The notes: generated by a model not told the origin, from the sequence alone. A stretch of DNA of 64,000 nucleotides from Octopus vulgaris (GCA_951406725.2 OX597833.1:1488001-1552000); one strand, 5' to 3'. Shown: positions 1 to 15,531, counted from the first letter of the stretch. Numbers and translations are program-made.

Positions 1-1425
1 CGCGAGATAAGGCTTCTGGCTCAAGTAGCGTGAGATAAGGCTTCTGGCTCAAGTAGTGTGAGATAAGGCTTCTGGCTCAAGTAGCGTGAGATAAGGCTTC
101 TGGTTCAAGTAGCGTGAGATAAGGCTTCTGGCTCAAGTAGCGTGAGATAAGGCTTCTGGTTCAAGTAGCGTGAGATAAGGCTTCTGGCTCAAGTAGCGCG
201 AGATAAGGCTTCTGGCTCACGTAGCGTAAGAAAAGGCTTCTGGCTCAAGTAGCGCGAGATAAGGCTTCTGGCTCAAGTAGCGTGAGATAAGGCTTCTGGC
301 TCAAGTAGCGGGAGATAAGGCGTCTGGCTCAAGTAGCGTGAGATACGACTTCTGGGTCAAGTAGCGTGAGATAAGGCTTCTGGCTCAAGTAGCGCGAGAT
401 AAGGCTTTTGGCTCAAGTAGCATGAGATAAGGCTTCTGGCTCAAGTAGCGGGAGATAAGGCGTCTGGCTCAAGTAGCGGGAGATAAGGCGTCTGGCTCAA
501 GTAGCGTGAGATACGGCTTCTAGCCCAAGTAGCGTGAGATAGGGCTTCTGGGTCAAGTAGCGTGAGATAAGGCTTCTGGCTCAAGTAGCGTGAGATAAGG
601 CTTCTGACTCAAGTAGCGTGAGATAAGGCTTCTGGCTCAAGTAGCGTGAGATAAGGCTTCTGGCTCAAGTAGCGTGAGATAAGGCTTCTGGCTCAAGCAG
701 CGTGAGATAGGGCTTCTGGCTCAAGTAGCGTGAGATAAGGCGTCTGGCTCAAGTAGCTGGAGATAAGGCTTCTGGCTCAAGTAGCGTGAGATAAGGCTTC
801 TGGCTCAAGTAGCGGGAGATAAGGCTTCTGGCTCAAGTAGCGTGAGATAAGGCTTCTGGCTCAAGTAGCGTGAGATAAGGCTTCTGGCTCAAGTAGCGTG
901 AGATAAGCCGTCTGGCTCAAGTAGCAGGAGATAAGGCTTCTGGCTCATGTAGCGTGAGATAAGGCTTCTGGCTCACGAAGCGGGAGATAAGGCTTCTGGC
1001 TCAAGTAGCGTGAGATAAGGCTTCTGGCTCAAGTAGCGTGAGATAAGGCTTCTGGCTCAAGTAGTGTGAGATAAAGGGTCTGGCTCAAGTAGTGTGAGAT
1101 AAGGCTTCTGGCTCAAGTAGCGTGAGATAAGGCTTCTGGCTCAAGTAGCGTGAGATAAGGCTTCTGGCTCAAGAAGCGGGAGATAAGGCTTCTGGCTGAA
1201 GTAGCGTGAGATAAGGCGTCTGGCTCAAGTAGCGGGAGATAAGGCGTCTGGCTCAAGTAGCGTGAGATACGGCTTCTAGCTCAAGTAGCGTGAGATAAGG
1301 CTTCTGGCTCAAGTAGCGTGAGATAAGGCTTCTGGCTCAAGTAGCGTGAGATAAGGCTTCTGGCTCAAGTAGTGTGAGATAAGGCTTCTGGCTCAAGTAG
1401 TGTGAGATAAAGTGTCTGGCTCAAG
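1..1425. repeat. 28-bp minisatellite (CGTGAGATAAGGCTTCTGGCTCAAGTAG)n, about 51 units, open at the left window edge
   Basis: Head-to-tail 28-bp period with point variants and no spacers. Confidence 0.97.
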
Positions 1426-1540
1426 AAATTTACCCGACATTAAATTTGCAACGCACAAAATAATCTATGTATTTAAATTTAAGGTGTAATAGATAACCAA
1501 GAGAAATAATAGACGTAGCCGAATTGCAAATGGGTGAAAA

Positions 1541-1872
1541 TACGAATTGGTATCACAAAGTTCCCGGACTAGTTCTGTAGCACACCAACAGATGGCAGCA
1601 CACCGTTGTGTGTATATCGAGAGCTTGTGGTGACCTCCATGCGGCAGTGTGCCGAGAGACATCACAATGTTTACTTCGTAAGTTATGAAATTTGTGTTTT
1701 TGTGATCACGTGTATGGTGGAGTCTGCGATTTTGTCATAGACGGAAACAAAGAGTCAGTATAAAATTTTGTTTTAAACTTGGGAAGTCTGCTACAGAGGC
1801 ATTGAGCATGATTCGACAAGGTTATGGCGACGAGGAAATGGGTCAAGCACAATGTTTCGAGTTGCACAAGAT
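1541..1872 (+). mobile_element. mariner-type transposon 5' remnant (TIR-like end plus N-terminal HTH)
   Basis: 1742-1872 translates RKQRVSIKFCFKLGKSATEALSMIRQGYGDEEMGQAQCFELHK, matching the mariner/Mos1 N-terminal HTH; TA-initiated TIR-like tacgaattggtatcacaaagttcccggact at 1541. Confidence 0.8.
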
Positions 1873-2324
1873 GGTTATTTCGAAGGAGACGAGGCTAAAA
1901 TTAAGTTATTGTTTCTCATTAAACACAAATAGTCCAGGGACAATTCGATACGACCGCGCACTAGCTATTAGGACTGAGGTGTTTAGGTGTTCATAAGTTC
2001 TAAAATGGAGACAGAACGTCTTCCTTTACTATCGGACGTATTTTGAAATGCTAATATAAGTTCGTGTTGAATCCATTTACTTTCGATAGACCATCTGCTA
2101 TTTACTGAGATTTTGGTGAATTCAACATTTGTTAAAGTGAAACCCGGTGGGATGCTGGTGGCAGTGGGACAGCAAGACTTGCTGCCAGTCTATCCACTTG
2201 ACAGGTTGTACTGTGTTAGTGGGTTATATGTTACGAGTAACATCCTGAGAGACATTTTACTTATATCCACGAACATAAATCCCTCCACACATATGCATAT
2301 AGTGTGATATATATATATATAGTA

Positions 2325-2530
2325 TGTGACCTCGTCTGTATCAGTAGCGATTTTTTCCCCTGTCTTCCCTTCTCGGGATCTTTCCTTCTCCTATGTTTCC
2401 GACGAAGAGCCCCGCTCGAAACGTCAAACCCTCCTTCTTCCCTTCTTTCCTGAGCATCCAATAATACCTTATTTGTTCCACGTCCTTGCGTTGTTGTTTT
2501 TTGTTTTTGTTTTCTTGTTTGGATTAATTA
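2325..2530 (+). mobile_element. Short (TA)n-embedded module with a hammerhead fold, probably a Penelope-like element terminus
   Basis: Flanked by (TA)n; similar to the reverse complement of 38905-39100 and 48905-49095. Confidence 0.6.
2395..2429 (+). ncRNA. Minimal type I hammerhead ribozyme motif (U4C core variant)
   Basis: GUUU-CCGACGA-A-GAGC ccc GCUC-GAAAC-GUC|AAAC; stem I GUUU/AAAC, stem II GAGC/GCUC, palindromic ACGU stem III. Confidence 0.6.
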
Positions 2531-2862
2531 TATATATATATACATACATACTCCAACTGTATGCCCTCTTGCATGGCCGCAGCTTCAGGGAGAAATAATT
2601 TAGAGAAATATATGTGCGCATGTGTGTGTGTATGTGTGTATAAATATAAATAAATATATATGATACGTACGTACATAAATACATACATACATACATATAT
2701 ATAAATTAATTGTTATCGCCATATTAATATGGCATTCTTATAGATATAAGAATAATCGCTGCCGCTGGTCAGCTCCATGAGGCTACCGCCTTAAGATAGC
2801 TATTGATACACGATCTGTATCCATTATAGAGACTTAGTAATTTTAATATTTCTACATATATA

Positions 2863-2921
<59 letters not shown>

Positions 2922-2939
2922 GTATGTATAAGTATATGC

Positions 2940-2974
<35 letters not shown>

Positions 2975-3833
2975 GTGTTTTCCGTGTGTATGACTGGGCA
3001 TGTATATCGATGCGTACAACCGCCATCGTACAATTCCTTATTGCAACCGTTCCGCTGGAACCACTGTAGAAGTTAATTCCTTAAGGCGCAATCTACCAAG
3101 ATCCTACGCAGAAGCACGTGACTCTGTTACAAAATGATTAACAACACAACGATGCCTGTGCAAATATTACAAATAACCCGAGAAGCAAGAATTGATAGGG
3201 TGTTGCCAGAAGATTGTGGATCAGAAAATAAACCATATCTTTTTCAATCTCTGAATTTGTTTTGGCAAATATTTCTTTTATCAGATCAGTGTAAAGCGAT
3301 GATAGCTTTTAAATGTTTGGTCAAATGTCAGGAGATACCGAAGAAGCATCCGTGTGTCATAAATCAATATTTGAACGCAAATGATAAACAAAGGTGTTTC
3401 GCTGGAATTCATTCTTCTCAGTTCTGATAAGGCCATATTAGGTATCACAAAAATTCCATTGATGTTTTGAAGCCGAACTTTTAAACAATGGAAAAATTAG
3501 ATAAAATAATTTTGAAGAAATCTATTAATACTCCAGAACAAAATAATTGTTATTAACAACAACTACAAGAACAGTAAAGACAATAATAATAATAATAAGA
3601 AGAAGAATTATTTGTATGATAGTAATGATATTTAAAAGTCATAACAATGGCTTCAAATGTTGGAAGAAGACCAATAATTTCGGGAGAGAGGATAAGTTGT
3701 TTATATCAAATCCAAAACGGAGAAAAGAACAAAATGGACCTCGGTGGAGTTTGTACCCAGAAAGTAAAGACGGGTAAAATTCGCTAAGCGTTTTATCTGA
3801 TGTGCTAACAAGTCAGTCAGACCAGACTACCGC

Positions 3834-3873
<40 letters not shown>

Positions 3874-3874
3874 T

Positions 3875-4220
3875 AAAGGACCCCCTTCGGTCATGAATGA
3901 CCATGGGATTGCACCTAGAAAGTTACCCTCCTAGACACAAGTCCGGCACGGTTGTTTTATGGAAGACCAGCAGTCGCCCATGCATACCAGCCTCCCCTCT
4001 CCACGCCACCAGTGTTATCCAAGGGAAAGACAAAGGTCGATACAGCTTGGCACCTGAGACGTCGCAACTCATTTCTACAGCTGAGTGAACTGGAGCAACG
4101 TGAAATAAAGTGCCTTGCTCAAGAAAACAACACGCAGCCCGGTCCGGGATTCGAGCTCACAACCTCACGATCGTAAGCTCGACGCTCTAACCACTGAGCC
4201 ATGCGCCTTCATGCGCCTTC
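3875..4220 (-). mobile_element. tRNA-derived SINE family B, full length
   Basis: Minus strand begins GAAGGCGCATGGCTCAGTGGTTAGAGC (A box) with B-box-like GAGCTCGAATCCC; near-identical to 30296-30615; lies in (TAA)n. Confidence 0.9.
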
Positions 4221-4317
<97 letters not shown>

Positions 4318-4654
4318 TTTCTGCTACACTAACTCAGCGCTGAAGACGTCTGAATTGGTGCATTGGATACATTAACTAATGATATATACAAATGGCTGAA
4401 GGAGATTGAAATAGAATGACCGGTAGAGCTCCTACAGAAAGGATTATCAGGAATGTTCTGAGCGCTTGAAAGACTACTGGAAACTTGTGGATACCTAAGG
4501 TTACAGGTAGCAACCCGCTACACAAATAAATCCTACCAGGAATAAGACCGAACCTGAGCCAAACCAAAATAATGGCGCAGGAGAGGCTGTGCTCCAGCAT
4601 GGCCGCAGTCAAATGACTGAAACAAGTAAAAGAATAAAAGAATAGAAGAATATG

Positions 4655-4880
4655 TTCTGATGCATTACCAGTTCTCGTGGTTTCTGACCTTAACTGATTG
4701 GAAGTGTTATCGTGTACATGATTTCTCTTGGTATAAAGGATGAACTACAGTAAATTTTCTGCTGAACACCGCAGATTTGCTTATCATCTGCTTGACCTTA
4801 ACCATTTGAGCATGTCCCTTCATATCTGACAATACGTGTATCTCTGATCGCAAACACAGTCTATGGGTCATTGTCATGTG
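4655..4880 (+). repeat. Degenerate copy of non-coding repeat E
   Basis: Aligns by eye with 61075-61310 (ttaactgattggaagtgttat...ttgagcatgtccctt). Confidence 0.7.
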
Positions 4881-4928
4881 TTCTGGTATCGGGTGGATCC
4901 AGCAGATCGAGATTGTAGGGTGTGACGT

Positions 4929-5612
4929 TCAATACCGTGTATGCGCTCCCTGGGTGTTCAAAACGGTCATACACCATCGGTACATGGAGTGCTTGAAGCG
5001 GTTCACAAGAGCCATTGGCACTTGTGCCCATAACCTATGGAAAGCTACATCCAGTTCCACACGATTTGTCGGCCTTAGGCCCACCTGGTTCAACCGTCTC
5101 TGGATTTCATCCCATAATTGTTCAATTGGGTTCAAATCCGGGCTGAGAGCCGGCATGGTTCTGATGTTGCGCTAACTCCCGAAGTCCATGGTGGCCCTTG
5201 CCGAGTAGGCGGAAGTATTATTTTGCTGGAATACGTGGTTAAAGAGACGCGAGAAGAAGGGCACGATGTGAGGTTTTAGGATCTGGTCAACGTACCACTG
5301 TGCTGTGATACCATTCCCGCTGCCTGCTCCATTTTGGAACACATGGGGCCCAATTCTCTGATTCAGGCCTATAGCACCCCCAAACCACCCCACGCGTCTC
5401 TCCATGACATATGTGTCTCTGTAGCTTTTACCCCTCCTACGTCACTACTTCACTCTGCCATCCAAAGCAGAAACACAGTACTGGCTCTTGTCAGAGTAGA
5501 CTATCGACCTCCATTGTTGATGCTGCCAATGTCGGTACTTTGCAGTCCACTGTATTCGTACTTGACGGTGGCGGGCAGTGAGGACAGTCTTTCGAGCAGG
5601 ACGATGGCAACG
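4929..5612 (-). pseudogene. Tc1-family (DD34E) transposase, frameshifted and 5'-truncated
   Basis: Motifs WRSIVYSDKS, HVFQQNNTSAY and SPDLNPIEQLW across frames; C-terminus GAHTRY. Confidence 0.9.
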
Positions 5613-5617
5613 CAGGT

Positions 5618-7392
5618 TATTTTTTATTCATTTCCTTTCTCTTTCCTTCATGTTTTCGAGTAAACAGCTATACAACTTGAAAACTGTCAAACTGTCGTGT
5701 TAATGGCTCCATTACTTCAACAATGTCGTTATCGAAAAATAAAGGTTATTGTTATTGTTAATATTCCTCTTTGTGTTCTTTGCAATTAGCCCTCTGAAGT
5801 AAAAGAAACCAGACTGCATGAAACAGAGATTTCAGCAAACAATCCTCTCCATACAGTGAACCGGAAAAGAAACGCAATTTTTTCAAATGTCATTTTTTAT
5901 GGTAAATTCTGAAAATTCATTTCGGGGATGTAAGTGTAAATATTCCAAGACTGAGCCCGAGATTGCAGGCAATCCTTCAACTTTCCCTGAAACGAGACGC
6001 CAAAACGCAGCTGGGTTGAATGGCATCGGTGGCAGTCACAAACAATTGACATGAAAACCAAAATGCTCGTGCATCTCGTAGAGGTTATCGGTTTAAAAAT
6101 TAGCTCGACCCATGTTCCTGGTATTCGTAATTCGGATGCATCAGTTAGGACCCGATCGTCATCAGCGCAGAGAGTACAAGCTATCGGCTGATAGCAGGAT
6201 TGCGTATCCTGCTTGTTGCGAAAACTTACAATGTCTATGTCAGCACCATCTATCGCCCGCAACAGCGATACAACAATACCTATTTCTATTTCTTTATTAC
6301 CCACAAGGGGCTAAACACAGAGGGGACAAACAAGGACAGACATAGGTATTAAGTCGATTACATCGACGCCAGTGCGTAACTGGTACTTAATTTATCGACC
6401 CCGAAAGCATGAAAGGCAAAGTCGACCTCGGCGGAATTTGAACTCACAACGTAACGCAGACGAAACACCGCTAAGCATTTCGCCGGGCGTGCTAACGTTT
6501 CTGCCAGCTCGCCGCCTTACAACAATACCATCGCGATACAACAATACCATCAGCACTGCAGACCACTTGACGTTGTTCCGTGTCGTCGCTGATGGGTCGC
6601 TATCTAGTGCCAATGGCCTCGCTAGCTGTCACACTGGACGGCCTGAAGCAATCATGGCGGTGTTGCAGGTGGATTAAGCGGTCCTTCATAGGCGTGGTCA
6701 TCTGAGCGCGCCCTATGCGGGCACGGTCTGCAGTGCTGTTGGTATTGTTGTATCGCTGTTGCGGGCGATAGATGGCGCTGACACAGACATTGTAAGCTTT
6801 CGCAACAAACAGGATACGCTGCCCTGCTATCAGCCGATAGCTTGTACTCTCTGCGCTGATGACAATCGTGTCATAACTGATGCATCCGAATTACGAATAC
6901 CAGGAACATGGGTCGAGCTAATTTTTATACACATAACCTCTACGAGATGCACGAGCATTTTGGTTTTCATGACAATTGTTTGTGACTGCCACCGATGCCA
7001 TTCAACCCAGCTGCGTTTTGGCGTCTCGTTTCAGGGAAAGTTGAAGGATTGCCTGCAATCTCGGGCTCAGTCTTGGAATATTTACACTTACATCTCCGAA
7101 ATAAATTGTTAGAATTTACCATTAAAAAATGACATTTAAAAAAATTGCGTTTCTTTTCCGGTTCACTGTATAGAGAGGATTATTTGCTGAAATCTCTGTT
7201 TCATGCAGTTTGGTTTCTTTTACTTCAGAGGGCTAATTGCAAAGAACACAAAGAGGAATATTAACAATAACAATAACCTTTATTTTTCGATAACGACATT
7301 GTTGAAGTAAAGGAGCCATTAAAACGACGGTTTGACAGCTTTCAAGTTGTATAGCTGTTTACTTGAAAACATGAAGGAAAGAGAAAGGAAGT
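5618..7392. mobile_element. Foldback element with about 690-bp inverted arms and a roughly 160-bp GC-rich spacer
   Basis: 5618-6280 plus 6533-6564 is the reverse complement of 6725-7392; the left arm is interrupted by a SINE. Confidence 0.85.
6281..6518 (-). mobile_element. tRNA-derived SINE family C (MetaSINE-like central domain)
   Basis: Head AAGGCGGCGAGCTGGCAGAAACGTTAGC, B box GAGTTCAAATTCC; TSD tacaacaatacc at 6269-6280 and 6518-6529. Confidence 0.9.
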
Positions 7393-7572
7393 GAGTAAAA
7401 AACAACACGTGGTGTGTAAAATACGTAAATCTTGGAAGATGCAATCCTCCGAGATAGAAGAACCTCCAGCAAGAGCCAATCAAAGACCCTGCAGGATTCC
7501 AGTCTTAACCCTATTACCACCAAAGAAACGAAACCTCACCCGTATGTTGTTCTCTAATATAGAGGCGTGGGC

Positions 7573-7805
7573 AAGGCGGCGAGCTGGCAGAAACGTTAGC
7601 ACGCCGGGCGAAATGCCGAGCGGTATTTCGTCTGCCGTTACGTTCTGAGTTCAAATTCCGCTGAGGCCGACTTTGCCTTTCATCCTTTCGGGGTCGTTTA
7701 AATAAGTACCAGTTACGCACTGGGGTCGATATAATCGACTTAATCCCCTTGTCTGTCCTTGTTTGTCTCCTCTATGTTTAGCCCCCTGTGGGCAATAACG
7801 AAATA
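7573..7805 (+). mobile_element. SINE family C
   Basis: Same head and GCCTTTCATCCTTTCGGGGTCG domain; 17-bp TSD aatatagaggcgtgggc at 7556-7572 and 7806-7822. Confidence 0.92.
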
Positions 7806-7877
7806 AATATAGAGGCGTGGGCCTAGATTATTTACGTTTACCCTAAATATTTCTGCCACGGTTACCAAACTGTTAAC

Positions 7878-8495
7878 TTCGGCCCAGTGCGTCCATGCTG
7901 CCAACAAAGCACGCGGAATTCTGTTCTTGATTCGACGGTCATTCGGAATGCTCACAGCAACCATATTCCTACCACTCTATGTCACGCTGGTGAGACCCAT
8001 ATTGGAGTATGGGATTCAAGCCTCTTCTCCTTATCTCCTCAAAGACATACAGCATCTCGAAAGAGTCCAGAAGCTGGCTACCCGCATGGTTCATGGTCTC
8101 AAAAATTTGTCCTACGAAGAAAGGCTGAGGACGCTCGACCTTTATTCTCTGGAAAAACGCTGCCGCCGTGGTGATCTCATTCTCGCCCACAACATCATAA
8201 GCGGAAAGTGTAACCTCTCGAGCGTCGGCTGCGAGGTTATTCCGAAAAGCTCTACCTGCGACGATTTCATCTCAATCGAAGGAGAGGAGCTTTCTCCGTC
8301 CGGGTTGCGGATCCGTGGAACAAGCTGCCAGACGAGATGGTGAAGATGCCGACGACCGCTCAGTTCAAAGTCTCCCTTGACCTCAAGTGGCCTGAACTCT
8401 TTACATGAACACCACCCTGTACTTAACTCCATGTCCCCCTACATGGCCTTGCTATTTGCTTTTGAGCCAAAAAATTAACTAACTAACTAACTAAC
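7878..8495 (+). mobile_element. 5'-truncated CR1-group LINE (ORF2 C-terminus, 3' UTR, (AACT)n tail)
   Basis: LYVTLVRPILEY..LERVQKLATRMVHGLKNLSYEERL..RRGDLI, then after a frameshift FSVRVADPWNKLP..FKVSLD; flanked by a 71-bp direct repeat. Confidence 0.9.
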
Positions 8496-8787
8496 ATATA
8501 GAGGCGTGGGCCTAGATTATTTACGTTTACCCTAAATATTTCTGCCACGGTTACCAAACTGTTAACAAACTCGCTGGAAAAGAGCAGAACATGTGGGTTT
8601 CTCCTTCTCCCCCAATAATTTCCTTAACATGTGGGACTTTTATAAAAAAAATATCAATGAAGTAATGAATGAAGCCGAAAGTGTCTGACCCTCAATCATT
8701 TCAGGCTCCTCAAACAAACAAACCCTTTCCCTATAATTTCTAGACAGAAGAATACTGTCTGTCCTGCCTTGTTAAAGTGAGAAATTG

Positions 8788-8994
8788 ATATGATGATGAT
8801 GTTGATGATGATGAAGATGATGATGATTATGTTGATGTTGATGATGATGATAATGATGATGATGTTGATGTTGATGATGTTAATGTTGATGATGATGATG
8901 ATTATGTTGAGGATGATAATTATGCTGCTGCTGCTGCTGATGATGATGATTATGTTGATGTTGATGTTGATGATGATTATGTTGATGTTCATGT

Positions 8995-9038
<44 letters not shown>

Positions 9039-9490
9039 TTGATGTTGATGATGATGATGATTATGTTGATAATTATGTTGTTGTTGATGATGATGATGAT
9101 GATGATGTTGATGATGATGATGATGATGATTGATTATGGTGATGATGATGTTGATGTTGATGATGATGATGATGATGTTGATTATGGTGATAATTATGTT
9201 GTTGTTGATGATGATGATGATGATCATGATCATGGTCATGATTATGTTGATGATGATGATTACGTTGTTTTTTATGATGATGATGATGATGATGAATGTG
9301 ATTATGTTGATGATGATGATAATTATGTTGTTAATGATGATGATAATTATTTTGTTAATGATTAGGATGATGATGATGATGATGATACTGATGATGATTA
9401 TGTTGATGATGAGGAGGAGGAGGAGAAGGAGGAGGAGGATGGTGATCACGATCCTGAACACCATCATCACCATAGCCATGATCATAATCA
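8788..9490. repeat. Degenerate (ATG)n microsatellite with recurring attatgttg unit
   Basis: Direct inspection. Confidence 0.95.
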
Positions 9491-10274
9491 TGTTCACTTG
9501 TATAGACTCAAAAACTTTGTCGAAATTATAAACTTTTAAATTTTAGTTTAATTTTAATTACAAAACAGGTGTATCATGTATAATTATTTAATTAAAACAG
9601 AAAACACTAATTAAGACCTAGAAGATAAACACAGGTAAAAATGTTGCCAAAATATTCTAAATATAATCAAATCAGAGTTTATTTTTTAATTATTTCTTAT
9701 CTTCTCAGACTTGTAGTTCAATTCACGTTTAAATTTTTTAAATGCTTTAAATCCATTTTAATTAATTTTATGTTTATAAATAAATATATTAAAACTTCGT
9801 TTTAATAATCGCACAATAGATTTTATACTAAACGAAAGCTGTTTAGCAATAGTTCAATCATGACTTAGTAGATCGATACTCGCTATCGTTTCCAGTCGCA
9901 ACTCTCCCGACATATTTTTACGCATTTTTCGTTCGTTTTAGGTGTCTTTATTTACCGAATCCCAGCAGCGCTGTTGTGGCATATTGTGTGTCTGTGGAGG
10001 ATTCTAGAGCAAAGGAATCGTATTTCTTTTCTGGTATGACTACTTACATAAACAATTGACTACTTACATAAACAGGAATAATGTAAATATGGAGCAAAAG
10101 AAGTTATGGAGATGCAGAGACATGAAAGGGAACAGGGGAAAGCGGAAGAATAAAAATGGACTCCGTTATGGACAGGAAGTATATTTATCGAACCAGAAGA
10201 AATCAATGGTAAAGTGGTTTCGAAGAGATTTGAACTCGAACAAAGGAATATAGATATTTTACGCCCCTTTAAAC

Positions 10275-10538
10275 CAGTGGTTCCCAAAGTGGGCAGTATT
10301 GTTCCCCCGGCGAGAATGGGGTAGCGATCCATGTAAAAAGTGCGACGATAATAGGGTGGCGATTCATGTAAAAACAACAAAGTAATGGATTTATTAGGTT
10401 GTTTTATTTCTGAAATACAGTTGGTTTGAACTTGCTTCAGGAAGAGGTCCATGTTTGTGATGGTTAGTTGGGGTAGGTGCTAGGAATGTGGCCTGGGTGT
10501 CAAGCGGGCGGCAACCCGGAAAAGTTTGGAAACCACTG
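10275..10538. mobile_element. hAT (Charlie-like) MITE
   Basis: TIRs CAGTGGTTCCCAAA and TTTGGAAACCACTG; 8-bp TSD ctttaaac at 10267-10274 and 10539-10546. Confidence 0.9.
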
Positions 10539-11039
10539 CTTTAAACTATATTCTGTCCTCTGTCCAGACACAGTAAGACATCCCGACCCAACATTGTTAT
10601 CCGTTTATAAGACTCGAAGTTGAACTTTTGAGGAAATTTGGTAGCAACTTAGCAAACATCTAAATACGTAGTGTTTTAGCGAAAGAAATTGAAAAGCAAG
10701 AAAAATGTGCAGGTAGGGATATGAGTGAATGCTAGCATATGAAGGTATAGCGAAAGAGGAAAACTATAAGTTCTGTGATGGGAGGAAATCTAAAAGAAAA
10801 TATAAAATTTGCTATTTAATAACATTTTAATACACCCCTTCTTGGCATATTATACACATAACCACCATCCACTCTTAACACAACCAACAAGACAGCATTC
10901 CTACCTAGTTTCCAACCCATCCGCCGCATTGTCTCTCTTTCTGTCTGTCTGTCTGTCTGTCTCTCTCTGCCTCTAACTAATCATCTTTGTCACACCTTTG
11001 TATTTCTGCTTCTTCTGATAAAAGAATAACGTCTGACAT

Positions 11040-11255
11040 ATTCTTCCTACTCTAGGCACACGGCCCGAAATTTGGGGGGAGGGAGCCAGTCGATTAGATC
11101 GACCCCAGTACGCAACTGGCACTTAATTCATCGATCCCAAAAGGATGAAAGTCAAAGTCCACCTCGGCGGAATTTGAACTCAAAACGTAAATACAGACGA
11201 AACACCACTAAGTATTTCGCCCGGCGTGCTAATGTTTCTGCCAACCCGCCGCCTT
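11040..11255 (-). mobile_element. SINE family C with an alternative tail
   Basis: Head and central domain as in 7573-7805; tail matches 45250-45300. Confidence 0.85.
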
Positions 11256-11494
11256 AACGTCCCAAATATCATTCAACTTTCTATTTTCATAAAAGCATTA
11301 AGATTATACCATATTTATTAATTTAAATGATAAATATAAAAATGCAATTTAATAAAAATGTTATGTTTTTCTTTTAGCTTACATCAATCATCGAAAATCT
11401 CTTTCTCTCTCTCTCTCTTTCACTATTTCTCTCTATCTCTCAATTTCTCTCTGCCTACACACACACACACACACACGCGCGCGCACATGTACAC

Positions 11495-11545
<51 letters not shown>

Positions 11546-11559
11546 TGTGTGTATGTGTA

Positions 11560-11875
11560 TTCCACAAATTTAGCAATATTTCCGTAAGATTCTTAAACAA
11601 AGCAGGAAAAAAATGTTTCTTAGATGTACTACCGCAACAAAATTATTTTGCTAACTTTAAAAGTCACCAGCCTTATGGCTTAAAATTTTACACAGTTCTA
11701 AAGTGGTTTCTAACCATTTCCCTTGAAACCACTTTAGAACTGTGTAAAATTTTAAGCCATAAGGCTGGTGACTTTTAAAATTAGCAAAATAATTTTGCTG
11801 CGGTAGTACATCTAAGAAACATTTTTTTCCTGTATTGTTTAAGAATCTTACGGAAATATTGCTAAATTTGGGGAA
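11560..11875. repeat. Near-perfect 316-bp palindrome (about 150-bp arms, 14-nt loop), MITE or foldback-like
   Basis: Arms are reverse complements around the loop taaccatttccctt at 11711-11724. Confidence 0.93.
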
Positions 11876-12522
11876 AAGATATCAACCTAGAATCATAAAC
11901 AGTATCAGCTGTATTTTAATTACTGTGATTTAAAACTGAGTTCAGTGACATTTTAGTTTGAAATATGAATTATATAATAACAAAAAACAAAAAAAAAATA
12001 ACAGAAAAAAATATCCCATTGTAAACAAAATGTGCTTTGATAAAAATTGTAATTGTTTTCGTTCGATTCATTTCTATTTCGTATTAAACGAATTTTAACA
12101 AGTTTATAATACCTATTTTCATTTCTTCGTATGTTGCATGCATCGTCTTTCTTGTTTCCTTTCCAGAAAATTGATTGTAAAGAAAAGGAAAGATACAAAC
12201 GTAAGAATTAAAAAGTAATTCAAAGAGAATCCCAAATTACATGTTACGTAAACATTTCACATTTATACATGTATCTCTCTTCAAATACGAAATCTATTTC
12301 AATCAAAGACGTAAATTAAATCGATTATCTTTATTTATTTTTTTAAATATTACAAACATTGAAATAATCCTAATTACTTTTAGAAAATTATATTCCCAAT
12401 GTCAAACTGCAAAAACCACAAGTAAAAACAAAAAAAGTTTAAGAAATTACCATATATCTTTCGTTTAAATATTACAATATTGTTTATAATCTTATAAGGG
12501 ATTCAAATTCACGGTAAAGAAA

Positions 12523-15219
<2,697 letters not shown>

Positions 15220-15221
15220 TA

Positions 15222-15325
15222 TAACTTAGATAAACTTAGATACGTTTCGACCAAAAATTGGTCCAGGCCATGTCTAACTTAATAGCACCACCTGATAGGA
15301 TTTTTCGAATCCTGTTTAAGTCATG
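15222..15325 (-). mobile_element. LINE 3' end, same family as 57520-57763
   Basis: Reverse complement matches caggtggtgctattaagtt..catggcc..ggaccaat..gtcgaaac plus a tatctaagtt tail repeat. Confidence 0.7.
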
Positions 15326-15372
15326 TTTTGTTTAAGTCAAGTTTTGTTCAAGTAGTGAGTTCTTGTTGGGTG

Positions 15373-15434
<62 letters not shown>

Positions 15435-15455
15435 CACATATATATATATATACAT

Positions 15456-15508
<53 letters not shown>

Positions 15509-15531
15509 AATACACATATATATATATACAT

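Noticed and set aside
1-1425. CRISPR array or coding repeat
   Set aside because: Units are contiguous with no unique spacers and no cas genes; the 28-bp period brings stops into all frames
4320-4560. Further Dong 3' remnant (ELLQK..RIIRNVL)
   Set aside because: Too short and degenerate to call with confidence
5897-7112. Paired 135-aa and 117-aa ORFs as duplicated genes
   Set aside because: They are the two foldback arms; many differences are non-synonymous and no domain is recognisable
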